41,541 bases of DNA. It comes from Parvularia atlantis. Its lineage: Eukaryota. The position numbers were made by a program, and so were the translations under genes. This document shows, piece by piece, positions 1 to 9,327 of the stretch (the stretch's first letter is position 1; each line of letters starts with the position of its first letter). The DNA lies in contig CALSCO010001424.1 in assembly GCA_943704415.1 (NCBI GenBank), forward strand, positions 1 to 41,541, given 5' to 3'. A model generated the notes under the pieces. It saw only the letters and a program-made list of their open reading frames with translations, was not told where the DNA came from and did no database searches.

Positions 1-2
1 CG

Positions 3-224
3 CTATTTTACCAGCGCATCTACAGGGCGCTCTCGCAGGGCCAGGCCGACGCGTTCAACGGCACCATCGGCGCAGCGGCTACGGCCGCCTTGGCCGTGCT
101 GATCGTGCTTGAGGCGCTGGGTGGCGTGATGGTGCTGATCGCGTTGATGCTCTTCCTCAGCAAGTCAAGTGACGACGTGCTCCAGAGCGTGCCGTCTAAC
201 GACATGGAGATGTCGGGCAAGTGA
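3..224 (+). CDS. 3' end of a membrane protein with a C-terminal TM helix and short tail; possibly CD36/LIMP family
   Basis: Frame from nt 3 reads LFYQRIYRALSQGQADAFNGTIGAAATAALAVLIVLEALGGVMVLIALMLFLSKSSDD...MSGK, TGA at 222-224. The CD36-like call rests only on the loose pattern preceding the TM helix. Confidence 0.55.
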   Translation, partial: LFYQRIYRALSQGQADAFNGTIGAAATAALAVLIVLEALGGVMVLIALMLFLSKSSDDVLQSVPSNDMEMSGK

Positions 225-291
225 GGGGCGCACGGGATGCGCTGTGTCTTATGCTGTGTGTGGAGTTGGGCTGTCTTTGTCCACATGTCGG

Positions 292-1400
292 TTACTTGAT
301 GTTGAGGAGGAACGTGCGCAGGTACGCGGCCAGTTTGTCCATGTGGAACGCCTCGATGTCGTTGTGCCCCGCGTCCGCCAGGAACAGGGGCTCGAGCTTC
401 TGCTTCGGCAGCATCGCCAGCCGCTGCATTCGTGCAAGGTCAGGGGCGCTGTCATTCTGCACACTGCATGCGTGCCTCTGTGTGGTGCCAGTCGATGACT
501 TCGTCGCGCTGGCCGTGCACAAAGCCGACGGGGCAAGCGACTCGCCCAAGCTGCGCGAGCAAGTTTTGAGTGGGCGCTGGGCGCTGCACGTCACCGGCAC
601 ACGCACCTTGTTCTGGTTGATGAAGATGTCGCCGAGGACCCAGTCAAAGACGGACAGGTCGACGACCACGCGCGCCGCCGAGGTGAAAGTCGATTGAAGC
701 ACGAGCCCGCGAACTGCGCGTGCGTTGGTGCGGCGGCACGCGAGGAAGCAGCGGGCACACCCTTGGGGAAGGTGATGGCGGCGTGCACGGCCGCACCGCC
801 GCCGAGACTGCGGCCGTACCTGCGCCGGGCGAGCGGTGCATCAGGAGCGAGCCGCAGGTAGTTGGCGCGCGCGCGTACAGGACGATGTTGCTGATCGGGA
901 TGCGGCGCACGGTCTCCAGCCAGCGCACCGCGGCCTCGACGCTGCGGTAGTTGCCGCTCTCGGACGGCTTTGTGCTGCGCACGGGCCCGTACCCTGCGGC
1001 GGCGGCCCGATGTCAGGCAGGGTGCACACGTGTGCGCGTTGTAGACAGACGTGCCGACGTAATCGTACGCGCACACGTTGACGCCGAGCGCGAGCGCGAG
1101 CTCGTCCATGAGCGGCATCAGCTGGCCGAGATCCTCCGCGTTCCCGTGGCTGTAGACGATGGTGACGGCCTGGCTCGCGTCGGTGCTGCGCGGACGTGTC
1201 AAGAGCGCTCGCGTTCCGTATTCGCCCGATGGGACGCACAGCGACCGGCCCGGCGCGCGCGCAAAGTACACGGGGATGCGCGGCCCGTCCGGGCCGTCAG
1301 CCCGCAGCGGCACCCACGACAGGCGCGGGTCGCGCTCGCTGTAGGCCGCGGGCGTCGGCGGCTGGAAGGCGATCGACTCGATGTACGACCGGAAGGCCAT
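292..1400 (-). CDS. ABHD17-like alpha/beta hydrolase (depalmitoylase family), 7 exons
   Basis: Spliced motifs: IAFQPP, YSHGNAEDLG, YDYVGYG, LYGRSLGGG (nucleophile Ser), VHGQRDEVI, AGHNDIE. TAA at 292-294. Two GC-AG introns (994-1054, 424-475). Confidence 0.9.
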
Positions 1401-1440
1401 TTTGACTCAGCCAGGCGAAAGACGTGGCCGCGTGTCATCA

Positions 1441-2959
1441 ATGCTGTCGGCGCGCGTCGTCTCGATCCAGGAGACGCGCCGTGCGAGGTGCCGCGGGCGC
1501 GCGTGTCTCGCGTGGATGCTGTGCGCTGACGGCATGCGTGTTGGTGATCGTGTGCAGCGGCCTCGATCCGCCGCTGGCCAGCAAGCCCGTCGCAACCGCG
1601 CCGATGTGCGTGCTGGACGTGCGCGTTTGGCGCCAACTGACGGCGCGGCAGGGCGGCACCGGTGGCGGCGAGCGATCCGGGCGGCGTGCTGACCGTGCCG
1701 CGTGTGCGCGTAACGCTGGCCGATCTGACGGCTGCGATGCCGGCCGAGCCGCGCGTGCGCGTGACGCTGGCAGACCTGGTCGCGGTGCAGCCCGCGGTGC
1801 AGCCCGCGGTGCAGCCTGCGTCGTCGGCACGGCCACGGGGCGCAGCGGCACCGGTGAAGCCTGCGGAGGCACGGCCTTTGCCGCCGGCACGAGCGGCCCG
1901 AGCATCGGGTAAGGGCGCATCGGCGAGTTCGCCTGGCAAGCCGTCGCCATCACCTACTGCTGCTTCTGCCGCGCCTACGACTGCCCTGGCCGACGTCAAG
2001 CCTGCTGACAGCAAGCGCAAGCCCGATCCGGCCGACAAGTCCGCGTCCGCGACCAACAAGCCCGCAGCCGCACCAGCCGAGAAGCCCGCAGCCGCACCAC
2101 TGGCAGCTGAGAAGTCTGCGCCCGGGCCGGCTGAGAAGACCGCGGCCGCACCAGCCGAGAAGACCGCGGCCGCACCAGCCGAGAAGACCGCGGCCGCACC
2201 AGCCGACAAGCCCACGGCCGCATCAGCCGACAAGCCCGCTCACGCTGACTCCAAGTCGGCCCTGCCCGCACCCGAGCCGTTTACGTTCGAGCTGCTGCGG
2301 GAGACGCGCGACGCCGACAAGCCCTTCGTGAGCCTGGTGCGCACACACCCTTGCTGGCGCCCAGCGAATGTCCTCACACGGCGGCCACACCGCAGCTGCA
2401 GCTGCCCGTGCACACCCCCGTCAAGGGCGAGCCGGTCGCTTGCCCGGCCGAGGTGGTGCAGCACGACTATGAGCAGTCGGCCGGCTACCGCATGCGCATT
2501 ATGCGCGCGCTGCCGTCAGGCGCTGCGGCGCCGTCGCTGGAGGACGAGGTGTCTGTCATGAGCTTCAAGTTCTCGCTCTGGCACAACCACTTCTCCAACA
2601 CGGTGCTGATCGTGTCGGCCTTCACGCTGAGCAACTACCGCAGGGTGCGTGTCCCTTGCGCTTTGGTGTGCGACTGAGCATGCGCACTGACGGGTGCGGT
2701 GCGGCAGCGCGGCTGGAGCGCGCTGCTGTACAGCTGGCTGGGTACAATGTGCCGCCATCGCGGGATCGAGACCGTGCAGGTGAGCGTGCACAGCGAGAAC
2801 ACGGCGGGCAAGGCGTTCCACAAGCAGCTTGGCTTCCGGGTCGTTCGGCAGGCGCACGGGTACCTTGAGCAGGTCCTGTACCTGAACGGCGACCCGGACG
2901 CCGAGGCGAAGGAGCGGCGCGCGCCGCCCAACGGCAATGCAGCGAGAGGACCGAGCTGA
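1441..2959 (+). CDS. GNAT-family acetyltransferase with long Pro/Ala/Lys-rich repetitive N-terminus
   Basis: Spliced: MLSARVVSIQETRRAS|GLDPP...APM|AAPVAASD... C-terminal AFTLSNYRR|RGWSALL (acetyl-CoA motif A) and NTAGKAFHKQLGF (motif B). TGA at 2957-2959. The start is less certain; an alternative ATG is formed across the second intron (AT|G, acceptor at 1651). Confidence 0.75.
2058..2240 (+). repeat. Coding ~24-nt tandem repeat (PAEKTAAA/PADKPTAA units) in the GNAT N-terminus
   Basis: Recurring gccgcaccagccgagaag units; translation KPAAAPAEKPAAAP...PAEKTAAA x3...PADKPTAASADKP. Confidence 0.85.
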
Positions 2960-3039
2960 CTGGGGCGTGTCATTTGGTGTGAGGCGGAATGGAACGTAAG
3001 TGGAGAACACAGAGAGAGAGGCCTGGCACTTGCTGCAGC

Positions 3040-6000
3040 TCACGCCCAGTCCTGCAACGGCCGCGTCAGTTTGGAGCGAGGTCCGCGCATCGTGCTGCAC
3101 AGTTCACCTCCTTGATCAGGTCGGCAGCCCGCTCGCCGATCATAATGCTTGGGGCGTTCGTGTTGCCGCTCATCTGCCGCCGCGGGCGCGGGCGCGGGCG
3201 CGTGGGCACGGGCACGGGCGGCTGCGCGAGGGCTACGCACGACGTTGGGCATGATGGAGCAGTCGACGACGCGTAGGCGGTTGACGTATTTGACCTGCAC
3301 GCGACCGCGTGAGCGAGGACCGCTGTGGGGGGCACACGGCGCGCAGACGGCACGCACGCGGCACCGAGCGTCCACGACCGTCGTCGGGTCATTCGGTGCG
3401 CCCATCTTGCACGTGCCCGCTGTGCGAGGCCGAACGTCAGTCAGCGTGCACGCCGGTGTCGAGCGCGCGCCCACCAGGATGGTACACGGTCAGGGCGTAC
3501 TTGCGCACGTACTCGCGCATGTACTCGTCGCTCTCTGGCGGGTGCTTGATGTCCTGCGCGCGCGCGCGCGCGGCCGCCCGTGCGTGTGAGCGCTGCGGAG
3601 CTTCAGCGTGTGGCCGCGCACACCCGGTCGACCATCTCGCGCGTGATGCGCTCCTTCAGAGGCGTCATAGCGGCGATCTTGCGGGCCAGCTTCATGCCGT
3701 AGACCATGAGGTCGAGGTCATACTTCGCTGCGCGTTCAGCACGTGCGACGTCGATGTGAGTCGCGGGCGCGCACGGGGTCCTCGAGGTAGTGCGGGTCGA
3801 TCAGGGGGTAAGCGAACGGGTCGGCGGACTTGATACGGATCTCGCCGACGCTGCGCGGATGCAGCAGCGTCGGCATGATCTGGTGGGGCGCATGAGCTGT
3901 GCGCGGCGGTCGTGCTCGCATGCGCCACGCGTGCCACGCACGTTCACGCCGTAGATGCCCCACGGCGCCTGGCGGCCGTTACCGAACGGTGACGGGAAGG
4001 GCGCCTTCTCGGCCAGCTCGGGGCTGAGCGCCTTGAGCGGTACAAAGTGCAGCTGTGCGCACCGCTGGTCAGCACTTTGGCCGCCGAGCTGCACCGCGCC
4101 GCACTTGCAGGTCCGGCGCGCCGTTGAGGTCCGGGCGCATGCCCGACTGGACAAACGCAGTTCCCTGTGTGTTGGCGCGTGCGTCTTTGTGAGCGGGCAC
4201 GCGTCACGTGCTGCGGGCCAAACCAGACCTCGAGCCCGCACGTGGCCAGGGCGCCGCGGCGCGTGCGGAAGTAGTACGCCATGAGGCCGACGAGGCGTAG
4301 GAGCTCGTACGGGGTCTTCTCGCGCGAGTACGGCAGCGCATCCTTGACCTCGAACGTCTGCGCATGCGCGCCGCCGCCGCCGCCGCCACCACCGCCGCAG
4401 CCTCAGCCAGCCGCACGACAGCGCGTGCCGCGGCGCACGTGGAACAGGAACAAGTGGTCCTGCAGGTTCTTGCCGACGGGCAGGTCGGCCACGACCGGGA
4501 TGCCGAGCGGCTCAAGCCACTCGCGCGGGCCGATGCCTGGGGCCACACATACCGTCAGCGCACAAAGCGATAGGGCGGCGGGACTGCGGACCCGACAGCT
4601 GCAGCAGCCACGGCGAGTTTACAGCGCCCGACGAGACAATCACCTGCGCACACCCGGCGGCGGCGTCTGGTGCGAGGCGACGCACTCAGTGGCAGGCGCA
4701 CCTCACGACGCGCGCGCACGACGCAGAGCGGCTTGGACTTGAGCTCGGTGATGACTGTCGAGCCGCGCTTGTACTGCGTGCGCGTGCCGGGCGTGAGCCG
4801 CACGCTGCGCGACGACGCACGGCACGCTGCGCGCGCTACCTCGACACCGACGGCGGTGTTGCCCTGCACGAGCACGCGCGTGACGTGCACGCTCGTCGCG
4901 ATCGTCAGATTCTTGCGCGTGTAGCGGATCGGGTCCAGGAAGGCATGCGCGGTCGAGCTGCGGATGCCGTTGGCGTCGACGGTCGTCTGCGTAGTGCGGG
5001 GACGTCCAATCAGCCGTGGCGCAGTGGTGCACGGGGCCGCCGCCACTTGGCCCATGAAAGCGCCGATCTGCGACGACCCGTTGTAGTCGGGCGGCGTAGG
5101 AAGACCCGCAGCGCCAGCCGCCTTCACAAAGAGCTCCGTGTACTTGTTCGGCTGGTGGCGTGCGGCCGTTTGTCAGCCGAGCACGAAGCCGCGCGGGCGC
5201 GGGCGCACCTCGCCGTTGCTGGCCGGGCCGACCTGCATCGGCCCGCCCTTGCCATGCAGGTCCTTCTCGACCCAGGGCACGGTGCAGTTCTCGCTCTTCT
5301 TGAAGTACGGCAGCACGTCCTTGTACGACCAGCCGACGCAGCCTGCACGCCGCGTGAGCCAGGGCCGTCTGTGTGCCGCCCTGGGTTCGCGCGCACCGTT
5401 GCGCGCCCACGAGTCGTAGTCGTCGGCGTTACCGCGCACGTAGAACATGGCGTTGATGCTTGAGCAGCCGCCGAGCACCTTGCCTGCACACAGCGGATGG
5501 CTCAAATGCGAGGCCGGGAGGGGTGGGCCGCCCGTGCGCACCGCGCGGCCAGTACATGAGCCGGTTGTTCATGTGCTTGTTGCTCTCGACGCGGAAGTTC
5601 CAGTCGTACGGCGACAGCTGCAGATCCGCGTAGCCGGCCGGCACATTGATGTTCTGCGCGCGTCTCGTGAGCGCGCCGTTCGTCGCTGGCGCGTCCCACG
5701 GCGCGCACGAAGACATTGCCGTGCTCCGGGCCGGCCTCGAGCAGCAGCACCGACACCTTGGGGTCCTCGCTGAGGCGCGCGGCGACGACGGCGCCGGCCG
5801 ATCCCGCGCCGACGACGACGACTGCGGCGTGCGCGGCGTGTGCGAGGGGGATGAGCCGCGCGCTCGAGGCGCGGCACCACGCACAGTCGTACTCGTCGTC
5901 GAGCGGCACGGTCGCGCTCGAGCCGGTCCACGCGCCCGAGCGCGGCAGCGGGTGCGCGGCTGTGTCGTGCGGCGCGCGGCGTGAGCGAGAGACGCGACCG

Positions 6001-6061
6001 GGCGAGAGAGACGACGCGCAGAACCGAGGTGCGCCGCGATGGTCGACACTCGAGCGGCCAT
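3040..6061 (-). CDS. GMC oxidoreductase (choline dehydrogenase/alcohol oxidase-like) with N-terminal PTS2; about 20 introns
   Basis: [12 protein letters not shown] (FAD binding), [52 protein letters not shown] (His/Asn pair). Ends ...LIKE|DWA TGA. N-terminus [12 protein letters not shown]. Confidence 0.93.
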
Positions 6062-6089
6062 TGTTCGAGCGTCGAAGTGTGACGGCGGC

Positions 6090-6803
6090 ATGTCTGGTGC
6101 GTTGCTGACGCTGACGGCGCGCGCTGCGGCTCCCGATACGCGCTGAGCGGCCTCGTCTGGTGGTGGTGGTGACGGCCGCCAGGACCGCTCACGGTCGAGC
6201 TTAAGGTCGGCGTCGTCGGCGGCTTCGCGCCCGCCGTGCTCAAGCAGCACGTCGTCATCCGCGCCGACGACGCCGCTGGCCGCGTCCGCGTCGAGCGCAC
6301 GCGGCTCAAGCCCGGCAAGAAGACGTTCCACCCGCAGGACGACGACTACGAGCGCTTCGCGGGCGACGTGGCCGTCGGCGCCGAGCAGTGGACGGCCGTG
6401 GCGGGGTGCGCCGCGGCCCACTGCCCGCTAACGGCGTCCGTGACAGTGGCCGCGCGCGCCAGTGTCCTCGAGCACATCTGGAGCCTGCCGACCGAGACGC
6501 CGCCAGGCGCCGAGGACATCTACCGGCAAGGTGGCGGCGGCGGGGCACGGTGTGGTGCGGCACAATGACCGCGCCCGCAGACACGATGATACGTGTGCAG
6601 CGCGACGGCCGCGAGTGGGTGAACAACTCGCCCGCGGGCTGCGTGCACGCGCAGTCGGCGACCGAGACGACCGCCGAGCAGCGCAACCTGTTCAAGCGTA
6701 TCGCGACGGTGCGGCTGCGGGCGCCAGCGCGATGCGCGCCTCTCACCCGGCCCGGCAGGCCATCACCGAGCTCGCCGACAAGGCGGCGACGGCGCCTGCG
6801 TAG
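6090..6803 (+). CDS. Small hypothetical protein (~160 aa, 5 exons)
   Basis: Splices cleanly: MS|GPLTVELKVGVVGGFAPA...TAVAG|VLEHIWSLPTETPPGAEDIYRQ|DTMIRV...WVNNSPAGC...EQRNLFKRIAT|AITELADKAATAPA, TAG at 6801-6803. Confidence 0.75.
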
Positions 6804-6920
6804 GCGCGTGGCGCACGCAGCGCTGCACGAGCAGCGAGCAGAAAGCAGTGATGTGTACGTCTGCAGCTCCCACAAAGAGGCACGACACGGATGAAACGCG
6901 CGCGCGCCCGTCAGCGGCGC

Positions 6921-7712
6921 TCACGCAAACAGGCCCTTTGGCTTGGGGTGGTCGAAGGCGTCGCGCTCGGCCTTCTCGAGCAGCACCTCGTTCCACGCGT
7001 CCTGCAGGTACGGCACGTCCTGCACGGCCGCGCGTCGCCGTCAGGGCACACACACGCAATGCGCCGCGCCCGTGCCTGGTCCTCGGGCGTCTGCTGCTCC
7101 TTGGGCAGGATGGCCTTGGTCACCGACAGCTGGAAGGCGTATTTGTGGCGGAAGTGCCGCTCGTACGCCTGCGCCCTGCTCAGCCCAATACACGCACAAG
7201 GAGGCCATCGCGGCGCACCAGCTGGCTCGGCAGGCGGCGCAGCGCCTCCTGCATCTCCGGGTTCTCCTCCATGAGGATGTCGTCGTACTTGAGCCCTGCG
7301 TGTCGGCGGCGGGCGCGGTCGTGTTCGCGCGGGCCGTCAGCGCTCGCGCTGGGCCGCCTCGCACGTGAAGGGCGAGCGAGAGAAAAAAGCACGCGCGGCG
7401 ACGGGCAGCGCGGGCAGGGGTTGGTCAGACGTTCTGTATTGGTGAGCAGAGTGTTTGTCTCACGGGCGCGCGCGAGGCGCGCCTCTGAAGTAGCAAATAT
7501 GAGTGTGAAGGTCATCCGGTAGGGCTGCCCGCGACGGCGGCCGGCGGTGCGCAAACGACTTTTTTTTTTTGGGGGGGGGGGAGCGGCGCAGCGCGAGGCG
7601 ACGCACCGTACTGCCGGTGCGTGACCGCGCCCATGTACCACTTGCTGACGGGCACGAGCAGCGCGCTCAGCGAGCGGCTCTTGAGGATGAAGCTCGCGAC
7701 GGCAGCCTCCAT
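6921..7712 (-). CDS. QCR7: Cytochrome b-c1 complex subunit 7 (UQCRB/QCR7), 4 exons
   Basis: HRQY|GLKYDDILMEENPEMQEALRRLP...ERHFRHKYAFQLSVTKAILPKEQ...DVPYL...EKAERDAFD. Intron 1 (7296-7606) is 311 nt, far longer than its neighbours. Confidence 0.93.
7420..7520 (-). ncRNA. Intronic box C/D snoRNA, U24/snR24-like
   Basis: Minus strand, 5' to 3': box C (cgGATGA, ~7512-7518), guide ATATTTGCTACT (7489-7500; complement of the conserved LSU rRNA AGTAGCAAATAT), D' CAGA (7484-7487), C' GTGAGA (7458-7463), D CTGA (7425-7428). A 9-bp flanking stem forms between 7409-7417 and 7525-7533. Confidence 0.88.
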
Positions 7713-7803
7713 CCGCGGCGGCGACCACGAGGGACGGCGCGGTCGAAACTATGTACGCCCCACCGCTGCCATTTGTTCGGCACATGCTGCCAGTACATAG
7801 CAG

Positions 7804-9241
7804 ATGCCGCCGCGCGTCCAGACATCGCCCTTCCGCGCCGACACGCTCCGGGGCCGCGTCGCGGTGGTGCGGCCGGCCGCGCGCGCGAGGCGGGGGGCGG
7901 CAGCGTCTGAGGCCGATGCGCCTCGGCAGGTCACCGGCGGCGGATCGGGCATCGGCTACGAGATTGTCCGGCAGCTCGGCCTGCACGGTGCGCGGCAGCG
8001 GCCGATGTGTGTTGCGCACGCGCGGCTGACGCGCGGGTGGCGCAGGCGCCAAGGTCGCGATCATGGGCCGCCGCGAGGGCCCGCTCAAGGCGGCGATCGA
8101 GGTGCGCCCCGTCTGCGCGGAGCATCGGGCTCACGCCGATCGGCACAAAGGCGCTCACCGTCGAGGGCGTCGACGCGCTGGCCGTGCCCGGCGACGTGCG
8201 CCTGCCCGAGGACTGCGCCAAGCTGGTCGAGCAGGCCGTGCGCCGGTGCAGCAGATCGGCCGGCCGGCGCGCACGCGCTCACGGCCGCGCAGCTTCGGCA
8301 AGGTCAACATCCTCGTCAACAACGCCGCCGGCAACTTCCTCTCGCCCGCGGAGGACCTGCAGCCCAAGGGCTTCAAGACCGTGCTCGAGATCGACACGAT
8401 GGGTGCGGCGGGCGCGCGCGCGCGCGGACGCGACACGTACTCACTCGCTCGTCGGCGCAGGCGTGTTCAACATGTGCCACGCGGCCTTCCCGGAGCTGAA
8501 GAAGGCGGGCGAGGCGCTGATCGTGCACGCGTGGCTCTGCCTGCGCTCGGAGGCGTGCGGCTCACGTGGACCGCATAGGTCAACATCAGCGCGACGTTGC
8601 ACTATAGCGCGACGTGGTACCAGATCCACGCCTCGGCCGCCAAGGCCGCGATCGACAGCATGACGCGCACGCTCGGCCTCGAGTGGGGCGAGTACGGCAT
8701 CCGCACGAACGGCATCGCACCGGGGCCCGTCGGCGGCGCGTCCGCCGCGCACACAGAGGCGTGTCCGGCGTCTGACGCGCCGCCGTCGTACCGCAGACAC
8801 GCCCGGCCTCACGAAGCTGTCCGGTGGCGCGGGCGACGACGTGATCGGCCAGGCGGTCGTGCCGCTCAAGCGCGTCGCGTCCAAGTTTGACATCGCCATG
8901 TCGGTCGTGTTCCTGGCGTCGTGCGTGCGCGCGCGCGCTCGTTCCCGCTGCGATCGTCGCTGATTGGGGCGCGCGCGCCAGGCCCGCGGGCGACTACATC
9001 AACGGGCACACGATGGTCGTGGACGGTGTGCATGCGCCCTAGTGCTTGTGTGCTGCTGACGGGCTGCGCAGGCGGCGCGTGGCTCAACAGCGTCGCGCCG
9101 TCGGACCGCGACACGATCCGCGAGTTCTCGCGCGGGTGCGGCCGGTCACGCGCGCGACACCGGCCGTGCTGACGGCGGCCCCCGCCCCGCAGCGTCGAGA
9201 AGAAGAGCCGCGCGATGGGCATCCCGAGCGCCAAGCTGTGA
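7804..9241 (+). CDS. DECR2: Peroxisomal 2,4-dienoyl-CoA reductase (SDR), 11 exons
   Basis: VTGGGSGIG, ILVNNAAGNFLSPAEDL, HASAAKAAIDSMTR, APGPVGDTPG. Ends in PTS1 -AKL, TGA at 9239-9241. Confidence 0.93.
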
Positions 9242-9327
9242 GCCAGTGAACGACGTGTCTGTCAGTCAGGACGCCGACGCCGTTCGCGCGCACTTTTTCG
9301 CGCCGCCTTCCCCGGCCGCGCCGCGCC

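Noticed and set aside
1403..1409. TGACTCA (AP-1/Gcn4-like) site, and TGAGTCA at 38580
   Set aside because: These are single 7-mers, one overlapping a stop codon, with no independent support.
7559..7581. Adjacent T and G homopolymer runs in QCR7 intron 1 as a retroelement tail or assembly break
   Set aside because: The flanking QCR7 exons join in frame and no element body or TSD is visible.
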